From an uncultured delta proteobacterium (GTDB taxonomy: Bacteria > Desulfobacterota > Binatia > Binatales > Binataceae): 64,000 nucleotides of DNA. Each line of letters opens with the position of its first letter. The first letter of the stretch is position 1. The DNA lies in NCBI GenBank assembly GCA_963774665.1, contig CAVZGB010000020.1:226797-290796 (forward strand). The letters are read 5' to 3'. The position numbers and the translations under genes were made by a program. The notes under the pieces were generated by a model. The model worked only from the letters and a program-made list of their open reading frames with translations, made no database searches and was not told the origin of the DNA. Shown here one piece after another: positions 18,143-29,537 of this stretch.

Positions 18143-19848
18143 TGGAAGTCGCAGATTCTCACGCACAGCCGGCCGGCTTCATCCGACGCTACGTGTTCTC
18201 AACCGATCACAAGGTGATCGCGAAACAGTACCTGCTGCTCAGCCTCGCGATGGCGCTGATTGGCGGATTCACCTCGTACCTGATCCGGTGGCAGCTCGCG
18301 TGGCCGGAGACCGACATCCCCGGATGGGGCCCGATTGGCCCCGACAACTACAACGCGATCATCACAATGCACGGCACCGTCATGGTGTTCTTCGTGGCGA
18401 TGCCGCTGCTGCTTGGCGCTTTCGGCAACTACCTTATCCCCTTGATGATCGGCGCCAACGACATGGCGTTTCCGCGGCTCAACATGATGTCTTTCTGGAC
18501 GCTGTTCACCGCTTCCGTGGTCTTGACGATCTCGATGTTCGTGCCGGGAGGTCCGGCGGCGGCGGGATGGACCAGCTACGCGCCCCTATCCGACAATCCG
18601 ATCTACACCGGAGTCACCTGGGGGCAGAATCTCTGGATACTCGCGGTCGCACTCGAGTTCGGCTCGTTCCTAATGGGCGGCATCAACTTCCTGACGACGA
18701 CGCTGAATATGCGCGCGCCGGGAATGACATTTTCACGGCTTCCGCTGCTGGTCTGGATGGAAATCACGGCGGCCGTCGTGTTTTTGCTGTCGGTCGGCCC
18801 GCTGATCGGCGGCGCGCTGATGCTGCTGATGGATCGTACGATGGGAACGAGTTTCTTTCGTGCTGACGGTGGCGGCGATCCGCTGTTATGGGAACATCTG
18901 TTCTGGTTTTTCGGACATCCCGAGGTTTACGTGGTAGCGCTGCCGGGGTTCGGAATAATGCTCGAGGTAATGCCGGTGTTCGCGCGCAAGCCAATCTTTG
19001 GCTACCGCACGATGATCTGGTCGACGATAGCGGCGGGCCTGCTCAGCTTTGTCGTATGGGCACATCACATGTTCGTGAGTGGGATGGATCCGCGCCTCGC
19101 GACTCCGTTCAGCGTTACGACGATTCTCATCTCAGTTCCTTTTGCGATCCTTGTATTCGCGATGATCGCGACTGTGTGGCGTGGCGCGATCGTTCTTTCA
19201 ACTGCGATGCTTTTCGCGTTGGGCGGACTTGCGACTTTTATCATCGGCGGAGTGACGGGGATTTTCCTGGGATCGGCCAGCACCGACATCTTCCTTCATG
19301 GTACCTACTTCGTCGTCGCGCATTTCCACTACACGCTCTTCCCGGTGACGTTCTTCGGAGGCTTTGCTGGTCTCTATTTCTGGTTCCCGAAGATGTTCGG
19401 CAGAATGATGAACGAGACGCTGGGCAAGATTCATTTCTTCTTTACGTTCGTGTGTTTCAACTTCGTCTTCATTCCGCTGTTCCTGGCTGGCCTAAAAGGC
19501 AATCCGCGCCGCATCTATGAAACGAGTTCGTACGACTTCCTGAAGCCGGTCCAACACATTCACGTTATCGCGACGATCGCCGCGATCGGCTTACTAATCG
19601 GACAACTCCCTTTCATCATCAATTTCTTTTACAGCATGATGCGTGGCAAAATTGCCACTTCCAATCCGTGGCAAGCCAACACGCTCGAGTGGACGACCGA
19701 CTCGCCGCCGCCGCACGAGAACTTCAGGACGATGCCGATCGTCTACCGTGACCCGTACGAATACAGCGTGCCGGGCGCGCCCAGTGACTGGATTCCACAG
19801 AACGAACCACCCGAGCCGATCTATCCGATCTCTGCGGCCGCAGATTGA
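18140..19848 (+). CDS. ctaD: Cytochrome c oxidase subunit I (A-family)
   Basis: GHPEVY, HH and WAHHMF motifs and 12 TM helices. ATGA overlap with subunit II. Confidence 0.9.
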
Positions 19849-19874
19849 TCGTGGCGGAGTGCGAAGGGGAATAA

Positions 19875-20480
19875 ATGAGCACAGCAGTTGAGACCGCGTC
19901 AGCGGAAATGCGAGTCGGCTACGAAGCCGCGCTCTCGCCGAGCGGCAAACTTGGAGTCTGGTGGTTTATCGCGTCGGAAATCATGGTCTTCGGCGGCCTG
20001 ATCGGCTCATACGTGCTGTTCAGAGTGGCGCACGGAGGATGGAACGACCAGGCATCGCATGTGAACTGGCGCCTGGGCGCGATCAACACGCTGGTCCTCG
20101 TGACGAGCAGCCTTACAATGATCCTCGCGCTCAACGCCGTGCGCATCGAGCGACGACAGCGCGCCGCGAAATTTCTGCTGATGACCGTGTTGCTCGGCCT
20201 TACCTTCCTCGGCATCAAATCGATCGAGTACACGCACGAGCTCAGAGAAGGTTTCACCCCGACCAGCGGGATGTTCTGGTCGTTCTACTACATCATGACG
20301 GGCCTTCACGGAGTCCATGTGCTCGGCGGGATCATCTTGAATTTGACACTGTACATTGCCGCCGTCCGCGGCACTCTATGGTCCGGGAACAGGAGGAGCC
20401 GAGTCGAGTTCGCGGGACTGTATTGGCACTTCGTCGACGTCGTCTGGATTTTCCTTTTCCCGCTGCTTTATCTAGCTTGA
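19875..20480 (+). CDS. ctaE: Cytochrome c oxidase subunit III
   Basis: Typical CoxIII helices (WWFIASEIMVFGGL...). Confidence 0.85.
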   Translation: MSTAVETASAEMRVGYEAALSPSGKLGVWWFIASEIMVFGGLIGSYVLFRVAHGGWNDQASHVNWRLGAINTLVLVTSSLTMILALNAVRIERRQRAAKFLLMTVLLGLTFLGIKSIEYTHELREGFTPTSGMFWSFYYIMTGLHGVHVLGGIILNLTLYIAAVRGTLWSGNRRSRVEFAGLYWHFVDVVWIFLFPLLYLA

Positions 20481-20491
20481 GGCTGAGTGAG

Positions 20492-20794
20492 ATGAATTCG
20501 AACGAACCTCTCGGAGTAACGGCTGAATCTCTCGATCGCTCGTCGATCATTATATGGATCTGGCTCGTGGGCTTGCTCGGCGCAGGTATGATGGTCTTCA
20601 CGCTGCCAATTCCGCGAATACCAGCGCTGCTGCTGATTTTCGGGATCGCCGGAATCAAGGCCACGCTAGTGCTGCGCGACTACATGCATCTCAGGCGGGA
20701 GAGATTGCTCATCTATGCGATCGCATTGACGCCGCTCCTACTCGCGATTGCGCTGGCGCTGGTGCTGATTCCAGACATCGTATTTCGCCGCTGA
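20492..20794 (+). CDS. Cytochrome c oxidase subunit IV (prokaryotic)
   Basis: 101 aa with three TM helices directly after subunit III, and a GAGG ribosome-binding site. The ORF track shows only a longer out-of-frame ORF here. Confidence 0.6.
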   Translation: MNSNEPLGVTAESLDRSSIIIWIWLVGLLGAGMMVFTLPIPRIPALLLIFGIAGIKATLVLRDYMHLRRERLLIYAIALTPLLLAIALALVLIPDIVFRR

Positions 20795-20803
20795 CGGATC
20801 TCA

Positions 20804-21037
20804 ATGGCGACAATCCGAAATCTCGCGGCTGCGCTTGTACTGCTGATAGGGTCCAACGATGCGGCGTTCGGCTGTGCGGCATGCTTTGGCGCGTCTGCGC
20901 CCGCGGCCCTGCGCGCTTACTACATCAGCACCATTCTTCTGAGCGCGATGCCGTTCGTGCTCATCGCCGGTTTCGTAGTCGTTCTTAGGCGCTACCGATT
21001 CGGCGGCGGTACATCGTCGCGAAAACAATCAGAGTAA
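20804..21037 (+). CDS. Small hypothetical membrane protein
   Basis: 77 aa with two hydrophobic helices following the oxidase operon. Confidence 0.3.
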   Translation: MATIRNLAAALVLLIGSNDAAFGCAACFGASAPAALRAYYISTILLSAMPFVLIAGFVVVLRRYRFGGGTSSRKQSE

Positions 21038-21276
21038 CCAAATCGGGCGCGCGCTCGATCCAGCTGAGCACCCAGCTCAGGAATTAGGGCAACCGAATCA
21101 GCCCGAGTTGGACATCGCTTAGCCTGGTGAGTGAGAATCGAGCGCATGGCAGACTGGTTCGATTCAGAATGATTCGGGATGTTCATTTGCTGGAAACACT
21201 GCAGCCAGCGCGGACTTGAGCTGTCGTGGCCGCTGGTTGGCTGGGACGTAGATTCAGAATTCTTTAGCGACATGAG

Positions 21277-22551
21277 TCATGTCCCGCGACGCACGAAGTT
21301 AATAAACAAATCCACGGTCGTGCCGACTCCATCTTCATGACGAATCCGCTCGCCGAGAGCGGAAGCGCGTTGACGCATCGCAGTGTCTGATGTCGCTTGA
21401 CGAATTGCGTCGGCGAGGAGTTCGGCGGTGAGCTCGCGGAACGGAATCGCGCGAGGCCCCACTCCGAGCGCCTCTATCCTGCTCGCCCAGTTCGGCTGGT
21501 CCGCAACAAATGGCGTGACGATCGACGGCACTCCTGCGCGAAGGCCGGCGCCTGTCGTGCCGGCGCCTCCATGGTGAACGACTGCGCTCATGCGAGGGAA
21601 AAGCCAACTATGCGGAACGCTCTCAACACCCAAGGCATATTCCGGCAGCTTGCGATCCTCGCCGATGCCCGCCCAACCCGACAGCAGAACGCCGCGCTGA
21701 TGCGACAACTCCAGCGCCTTGAGTATCAGTTTCAGCGTGTCCTCGGCGCTGCCGCATGGCATGCTGCCGAAGCCCACGTACACCGGCGGAGGTCCGCTCT
21801 CCAAAAACGCGACCAGATCGCGCGGAGGCGTCCAGCCCGGCGGCGGATCGGAGAACCAGAATCCCGTGACGTGGATGCGATCGGGCCAATCCGCGGGACG
21901 CGGAATCACGGTTGGGCTGTAGGCGTAAAAGAGCGGCGTGCGTTCCAGCTGGCGTGCGGAAGGTCCCAACAATGGCAGTCGTGGAAGGCCCAGGAGCTCA
22001 CCACGCATCTTGTTGTCAAAATTCCGCGCTACCTGCCAGATGAATTGTTCCGTGATTCGCCAAAGTAGCGAATTGATCGTCGTGCCGCGATCCTTTCCAC
22101 CGCCGATAAGAAAACTGGGGAAGGAAGACGTCCTTGTAAGCGGCATGAACATCGCGGCCGCGGAGGGGACGCCAAGTTTCTCCGCGATACTGTAAAAGGG
22201 AATCCAGCTGCTCTTGTAGATGATCGCGTCGGCGCCCTCGACGGCGCTTATCGCATCGGTATCGAGCCCCTGAAGGAACGCCTTTCTCTGGTTCGCATCC
22301 GAGGCCTGCTTTACGATCATCCGGAACATGTTGCCGGAGTCGATTGCCGTCGCCACCTCCTCATTCCTCAGCAACGACTTGTATGGATTCCCCAGCGCAG
22401 CGAACTCGATACCGTACGACGCCGCGAGGCCGGCGAAGTCGGGCCGCGCCGCGAGTTTGACCGTATGCCCTTGCTGCTTGAAGCGCGCGGCGAGCGCGAC
22501 AAAGGGTTGAGTATCGCCCATCGCGCCGACCGTCAGTAGCGTTATGTTCAA
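21277..22551 (-). CDS. Glycosyltransferase family 1 (UDP-glycosyltransferase, MGT type)
   Basis: N-terminus MNITLLTVGAMGDTQPFVALA and a C-terminal HHGGAGT...PFVADQ UDP-sugar motif. Confidence 0.85.
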   Translation of the reverse strand: MNITLLTVGAMGDTQPFVALAARFKQQGHTVKLAARPDFAGLAASYGIEFAALGNPYKSLLRNEEVATAIDSGNMFRMIVKQASDANQRKAFLQGLDTDAISAVEGADAIIYKSSWIPFYSIAEKLGVPSAAAMFMPLTRTSSFPSFLIGGGKDRGTTINSLLWRITEQFIWQVARNFDNKMRGELLGLPRLPLLGPSARQLERTPLFYAYSPTVIPRPADWPDRIHVTGFWFSDPPPGWTPPRDLVAFLESGPPPVYVGFGSMPCGSAEDTLKLILKALELSHQRGVLLSGWAGIGEDRKLPEYALGVESVPHSWLFPRMSAVVHHGGAGTTGAGLRAGVPSIVTPFVADQPNWASRIEALGVGPRAIPFRELTAELLADAIRQATSDTAMRQRASALGERIRHEDGVGTTVDLFINFVRRGT

Positions 22552-22578
22552 TTTACGCCCACGAACTTGAACCCACCA

Positions 22579-22700
22579 TCACTCAGGTGATTGCTCGCAT
22601 AAAGATGTGAAAGAGCCGCCGAAACTAGACGGGATGTCGAGAGAGAGCTGAAAGGGAATGGGTAGCGGGACGGAGGAACGCCTTGTGTCTGCAACGATCC
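22579..22700. repeat. Conserved non-coding element, copy A
   Basis: About 80% identical over roughly 120 nt to 26415..26535 in the same orientation, with shared blocks TCACTCAGGT, TTGCTCGCATAAAGATG, GAGCCGCCGAA, GAGAGCTGAAAG and CTTGTGTCTG. Confidence 0.5.
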
Positions 22701-22867
22701 GTTCCGCGCACCCTCGCGCCTTTCCAGGTTCGCACCCATTAGCTAGCCCGTCCAAGCAAGATACCCAGACATGTCTGCGAAAAGGTAGCAGCAACGCGCG
22801 CTTCAGCGTTAGGCGAGTCTCGGAATTCGTAACTAAGGACTGTTCACCAGTTTTAAGTAGCGACACT

Positions 22868-24529
22868 CTAAGGATAGAGCAGACCCGCGGTCGTGAGGCG
22901 GGGCGGGAAGTGTCCGAGGATGAAAGGTCCGTAGACCGCGACCACCAGGATGACCGAAGCGAGGACCCAATAGCCAAGCTGATCAAGCCGCGGCTGCCAC
23001 CCGATGATCGATGGCGTCTGAACTGTCGCCGTGAAGGGAAGGTCACGCGACTCGGTCTTTTTGCCGGCAACTATTGTCATCACAAGGATAAAGAAGAACA
23101 GCATAGCGGCCGTGAACATCAGCGTGCCGCCGACGCCTGTCATGATTCCTGGAATCTTCCACGCAGCCAGGTCGTAGGTGGCATGCACCATGTCTGTGCG
23201 CCGCGGCATCCCTTCCATGCCGCCTGCCATCAGGCCGCGCGAGAAAATCATGACTCCGAGGAAATACAAAAACGCCTGGAACAGCGCGGCGCGCGACGAC
23301 CACAGTTCGCGCCGCTCGAGATACGGTACCATCCAGTAGGCGATTCCCATGTAGGAGAGGGCCACCGCGCAACCGATGGTGAGATGAAAATGTCCTGGGA
23401 TAAACGCTGTGTTGTGAATCTCCATATTCATGGTGTAGCTCGCGTTCATCAGACCGGAGATGCCGCCTAGCAGGAACGCGATCATCGCGAGTACTTGGGC
23501 CGCGACCGAAGGATCGCTCCACGGAATCGCGAAGAACCATCCGATGAGCCCGTTGCCACCGCGCCGGCGTCCGCCGACTTCGAGCGCGTACATCACCGAG
23601 AACGCCGTCATCAGGCTGGGAAAGAAAATCGCGAAGGTCACGCTCGCGACGGCGAATTTCAATTTCCCCGAAATTCCTGGATCGACGAACTGATGATGAA
23701 AACCGACGGGGACCAACAGAATGAAAAGCAGGAAGGCCACGCGCGTCAGCGTATCGCTGAACAGCACACCGCCGGCCTGCCGCGGGATCAGCCCGTACCA
23801 CGAAACGTAAATCGGCAGCAGCCAGTAGTACACGATGGGATGGCCGGTGAACCAGAATAGTGTGCGATCGAGCATCGGATCGACGCCCGGCAGCCATCCG
23901 AGCGACCATGGCAGCAGGAACACCACGACCTCGACGGCCAGGCCGACCGACGCGATGTCCCACATCACGTATGTCGCAATCGACATGAAGGCGAGCAGCG
24001 GCACTCGCTCACCCGGATGATTCCTGCGCCATGCGCGCAGCGCAAATAGCTGTGCCGCCGAGGTGAGCCACGTGCTCACCACCACCAGCGCGAGGCCCAG
24101 GTAAAAAGTCCAGTCCGCCTCGAGCGGCGGATAGAAGGTGTACAGGACCGAGGCCTTGCCGGCGAGCATCGCGTACGCCGCCATCAGCGAGCCGATGAGT
24201 AGAGTCCAGAACGCCGCATGGAGGAGCGCATCGTTGAGCTTGCGCCCGAGTCCGCGCGCGGTAGTCAGCACGAGAAAGCCGTTGGCGAACGCTGTTGGCA
24301 GCACCAGCGCGTTCAGCACGCCGTGAATCGTGAGTCCCTGGTAGTACGAATGTACGACTGGATAGTACTGCTCGATGTTCACGCGCGCGTAGCCGAGTGC
24401 CTGGCCGAGTCCCATGATGACGCCGATCGCAAGCAGCGCGAAGCCGAAGTAGATGTTCCACTTGATAACGTTCAACTGGTTCGGCGGCAGATCGAAGCCG
24501 GACGGTTCTGCAACGATGGACGTGGTCAC
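22868..24529 (-). CDS. Haem-copper oxidase subunit I (ba3-type, B-family)
   Basis: GHPIVY, HH and WAHH-type motifs. The GTG start overlaps the subunit II stop (GTGA). The longer ORF up to 24883 has no Met or ribosome-binding site. Confidence 0.8.
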   Translation of the reverse strand: MTTSIVAEPSGFDLPPNQLNVIKWNIYFGFALLAIGVIMGLGQALGYARVNIEQYYPVVHSYYQGLTIHGVLNALVLPTAFANGFLVLTTARGLGRKLNDALLHAAFWTLLIGSLMAAYAMLAGKASVLYTFYPPLEADWTFYLGLALVVVSTWLTSAAQLFALRAWRRNHPGERVPLLAFMSIATYVMWDIASVGLAVEVVVFLLPWSLGWLPGVDPMLDRTLFWFTGHPIVYYWLLPIYVSWYGLIPRQAGGVLFSDTLTRVAFLLFILLVPVGFHHQFVDPGISGKLKFAVASVTFAIFFPSLMTAFSVMYALEVGGRRRGGNGLIGWFFAIPWSDPSVAAQVLAMIAFLLGGISGLMNASYTMNMEIHNTAFIPGHFHLTIGCAVALSYMGIAYWMVPYLERRELWSSRAALFQAFLYFLGVMIFSRGLMAGGMEGMPRRTDMVHATYDLAAWKIPGIMTGVGGTLMFTAAMLFFFILVMTIVAGKKTESRDLPFTATVQTPSIIGWQPRLDQLGYWVLASVILVVAVYGPFILGHFPPRLTTAGLLYP

Positions 24530-25008
24530 TTGACCACTACCTTGCCGGACATGGTGTGATGCAGGCGGCCGCAATATTCGTGGCAAATCAGGAGGTATTC
24601 GCCGCGTTTGGTAAAGCGGTAATCGAATTCGGAAACCTGTCCGGGAATGAGCATCATGTTGACGCGGGTGCCGACGATGAAAAATCCGTGGATCACGTCT
24701 GACGACGTAGCGACGAAGCTCACGTCGGCGCCGACTGGAACGTCGATCTCGTCGGGGGTGAAGGACCAGGTCTGCGCTATCACCACAGCCTGGTATTTCC
24801 CCGGTGCGATTTCCTGCACTCCTATGCGATCGAACGGAGGGGTTTTGCGCAGTACCTTGCGAAGCTTCTGGCCCACGTCGCAATAGATCGTCCCGCTATG
24901 CGAAGGGAGATGAACGCCCATCGCGACGCTGCCATAGGCAAGCGCACCCAGGAAAACCACTAGAACCGCGGCGCATGCTGCGAGGAAGGCCTTCTCGTAC
25001 CGCTCCAT
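24526..25008 (-). CDS. Haem-copper oxidase subunit II (ba3-type, single TM)
   Basis: 160 aa with one TM helix and the CuA site H...CHEYCGRLHHTM. Confidence 0.85.
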   Translation of the reverse strand: MERYEKAFLAACAAVLVVFLGALAYGSVAMGVHLPSHSGTIYCDVGQKLRKVLRKTPPFDRIGVQEIAPGKYQAVVIAQTWSFTPDEIDVPVGADVSFVATSSDVIHGFFIVGTRVNMMLIPGQVSEFDYRFTKRGEYLLICHEYCGRLHHTMSGKVVVK

Positions 25009-25149
25009 TTATCTGTCCAGCAACACCCAGAACATCGCCGCCCAGCCCACGGCCAGCACCAGCATGTAGGTTCCCAATATGAAGATGGTGCCTGTAGGAG
25101 GAGGGATTTTCTCTTCGGAGAATTCGTCGCGCGATGTTTCAGTTGCCAT
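25009..25149 (-). CDS. Small single-TM subunit, ba3 subunit IIa-like
   Basis: 46-aa ORF not in the supplied ORF track: MATETSRDEFSEEKIPPPTGTIFILGTYMLVLAVGWAAMFWVLLDR. It has an AAAGGAGAGG ribosome-binding site, and its stop abuts the subunit II ATG (TAAATG). Confidence 0.45.
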   Translation of the reverse strand: MATETSRDEFSEEKIPPPTGTIFILGTYMLVLAVGWAAMFWVLLDR

Positions 25150-25290
25150 GCGCCCCTCTCCTTTCGCAGTTACGGCCCCAAGCGATTGGCGCTCAGACTC
25201 GCGATCGATCGCCTACTCTCATCTGTGCCGGCTTGTCCAGCGATCCGGGGAAACTTTCGCTAAAGGCCATTCTGGCCCCGCGATGCAGGC

Positions 25291-25830
25291 TTGCAGCGCG
25301 CACTGAATGATCGGCCGTATAGTTGCGAGTGTAACGCGTATAGATACTATGCCAACCAAATAATATGGACGGACCTGTCCTGGGACTTCGATGCTGAGGT
25401 TCCGGGCGCGTTCAGATATTACTGCAGTGCGCCGCCGATGGTCACATATATCGGCAATGGGATGTATGGGATGACGATCATCGATCCGAAGGGCGGCTGG
25501 CCCAAGGCGTCGGGTGACAGCAAACGCATGATGGATGAACGGCCAGACTTCGTTGTGTTCAACGGCATCATCGAAAAATATGGGGACCATCCGATTCCTA
25601 TAAAGTGGCGAGTTGGAACGGATTTTCTTCGTCACTGCCGGACCCAACCGGACTTCCAGGTTTTACGTTGTGGCGCCGTGTTCAGATCCGTCTAACGCAG
25701 CGGCAATCCCGCCAATGCCTTTCACCTGGTGCAGAGTTTTTGGGGTGGGGCCAGGAGATGGCGCTATCTTCGAGTTCCGCATACACGAGGGCCGCGACTA
25801 CCCATTGGCGGACTGCCGGTGGTTGACGGC
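25291..25830 (+). pseudogene. nirK: Remnant of copper-containing nitrite reductase (nirK)
   Basis: AFRYYCSAPPMVTYIGNGMYGMTII and DFVVFNGI align with the NirK domain-1/2 junction. The N-terminal ~120 aa are missing, there is an internal deletion, the type-1 copper His ligands are replaced (H to Y), and NRTSRF and FEFRIHEG remnants continue in another frame after about 25600. Confidence 0.5.
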
Positions 25831-25920
25831 GGCAAGTTGATTGGTATCGTGACGTCGAATGATATGCTGAGAGCATTTCTCAGCGTAGTCGAGGCGACCC
25901 AGAAAATCCTTGAGCAATAG
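25729..25920 (+). pseudogene. CBS-domain C-terminal fragment
   Basis: GLPVVDGGKLIGIVTSNDMLRAFL matches the end of a CBS pair, but no N-terminal portion is present. Confidence 0.35.
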
Positions 25921-25928
25921 GAGGCAAA

Positions 25929-26426
25929 ATGACACGTACACTCGAACGCCTCTGCAAGGGCCCGAACCTGGCCGGGAACCTAGCTGTCCGACGTCTGCAA
26001 GCGATGAAACTAAATCGATCCCTTGTACTCTTGTTGTCCGGATTTCTCCTCGTCTCGTCGAAAGCTGTGGCCGGCGATGTTGCCCGAGGCCGAGTATTGT
26101 ATCTGCGTAACTGCGCGTCGTGTCACGGCGTTAAGGGTGATGGAGAGGGCCCCGTCGCTGCGCAGCTCAAGACTCATCCCGCGGATCTGCGGTTGCTTTC
26201 GAGCCGATATGGAAACCCTCTTCCGGAAGATCAGATAGCCCGCTTCATCGATGGTCGCGCCGACATTGCCGCCCATGGTCCGCGCGACATGCCAGTATGG
26301 GGGGAAGAGGTATGGAAGTATCCTGAGGGCGAGGGACCGAACAGTGAGGTGACGTCTCGCGTCGCGGACCTGGTCGCCTACCTCCAGTCCATTCAGGAAC
26401 TGCAGCATCACGCGTCACTCAGGTAG
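25929..26426 (+). CDS. Class I monohaem c-type cytochrome
   Basis: AGGAGG ribosome-binding site, long signal peptide, CASCHG haem site and a distal Met region. Confidence 0.8.
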   Translation: MTRTLERLCKGPNLAGNLAVRRLQAMKLNRSLVLLLSGFLLVSSKAVAGDVARGRVLYLRNCASCHGVKGDGEGPVAAQLKTHPADLRLLSSRYGNPLPEDQIARFIDGRADIAAHGPRDMPVWGEEVWKYPEGEGPNSEVTSRVADLVAYLQSIQELQHHASLR

Positions 26427-26535
26427 TTGCTCGCATAAAGATGCGAGGGAGCCGCCGAAGATAGACAGGCTGTCCAGCGAGAGCTGAAAGAGAATGGCGA
26501 AGCGCGACAGAGCATCGTCTTGTGTCTGTCAAATA
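26415..26535. repeat. Conserved non-coding element, copy B
   Basis: Homologue of 22579..22700. It begins inside the last codons of the cytochrome c gene. Confidence 0.5.
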
Positions 26536-26641
26536 TGGTATCAACGATTGCATAAAGGCTGATCGAGAAGCGGCCCGGCGCCCTGAAGCAGTACGTATCT
26601 CTCCCGCTCACATTTCTTCCAGACGCTCCAGGGCTGGGACA

Positions 26642-27103
26642 TTACTTCTTGCCTCCGGGATGCGCAGCCGGAAACTCCTCTCGGACAGTCAACACCGGGC
26701 ACGTAGCCTTGCGCACCACAGCTTCGGTAACGCTACCGAGGAACATCCGCGCGAGGCCTCTCCGCCCATGCGTTGCCATCACGAGTAGATCGGGCTGATG
26801 CTTGGTCTGCGCTCCTAGGATCGAAGCAATCACGTCGCCGGTATAGACATGCGTTTCGTGCTTCAACCCGCCGAGTTTCTGCTTCGCAATGTCAGCCAGC
26901 TTTGCTTGGGCGTCCTTTTCCTGATCTTCGTAAAGCGCCACCGGCGGCGGGACTTCGCCAAGTGCAACGATCAGTGACAGCACATGCACCAGGATGATGC
27001 TGCTGCCAAGGTGCCGTGCGATCTCGACCGCCTTGTCGAGAGCAGCCAGAGAGTTCTCATCGAAGTCGACGGGACAGAGAATCGTCTTGTATGGGAATGC
27101 CAC
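26642..27103 (-). CDS. Universal stress protein (UspA family)
   Basis: MAFPYKTILCPVDFDENS...ATHGRRGLARMFLGSVTEAVVRKATCPVLTV. Confidence 0.85.
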   Translation of the reverse strand: MAFPYKTILCPVDFDENSLAALDKAVEIARHLGSSIILVHVLSLIVALGEVPPPVALYEDQEKDAQAKLADIAKQKLGGLKHETHVYTGDVIASILGAQTKHQPDLLVMATHGRRGLARMFLGSVTEAVVRKATCPVLTVREEFPAAHPGGKK

Positions 27104-27436
27104 AGAATTGAACTACCTCCCTTAAGGATTGACGATATATTGAAGCTCAATTCCAGTTTTCCTGCCATTCGGAGAATATTCCCTTTTGCAGCCGAAGAGA
27201 TCAGGGAATTTGACGCGGAGAGCAGTTCGCATCAGACTGCATCATCCGTACGTGAAAGCAGGCGATCGCCATGCGTTCGAAACGACCAATGAATTCGTGC
27301 GGATCAGGTTGTGAGGAGGGGCAACCGACATCGTCTGCCTGATACCGGCCGCGAACTTGTGTCTGCTCTGCAGTGTACGATAAGGATGGAAATCTGAACT
27401 TCGCGCGCGAACGATGAAAGACAAGTGGGATAAGAA

Positions 27437-29257
<1,821 letters not shown>

Positions 29258-29537
29258 GCGGCGAGCCTACCATCGTTTCCAAGAAGGCTCTCCCGCCTCC
29301 TCGGAGCCGGACGTCATGTGATGTATGGAGGGCATAAACCGCAAAGCAGCGAATCCCATCGGCGCCGTGGAAAGAGCTCGGTCTGTTCTCGAGGTCTTCC
29401 GAGAGGAGGGTATCCCCGTGGGCGATTCAAACCCAATGCCGAGAGCGATTGCGGGAACTTGAAGCGGCTGTCGTTGAGAGGTTACGCGATGCTTATTGAC
29501 TGACCGCCCAAATCTCGCGGGTTTTGGAGAGATGGTC

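Noticed and set aside
22579-22700. Riboswitch identity for the repeated 120-nt element (glycine, fluoride, c-di-GMP, ZTP, SAM-II, cobalamin considered)
   Set aside because: Conserved blocks do not match the order or spacing of any consensus I can recall. Left as an unclassified repeat.
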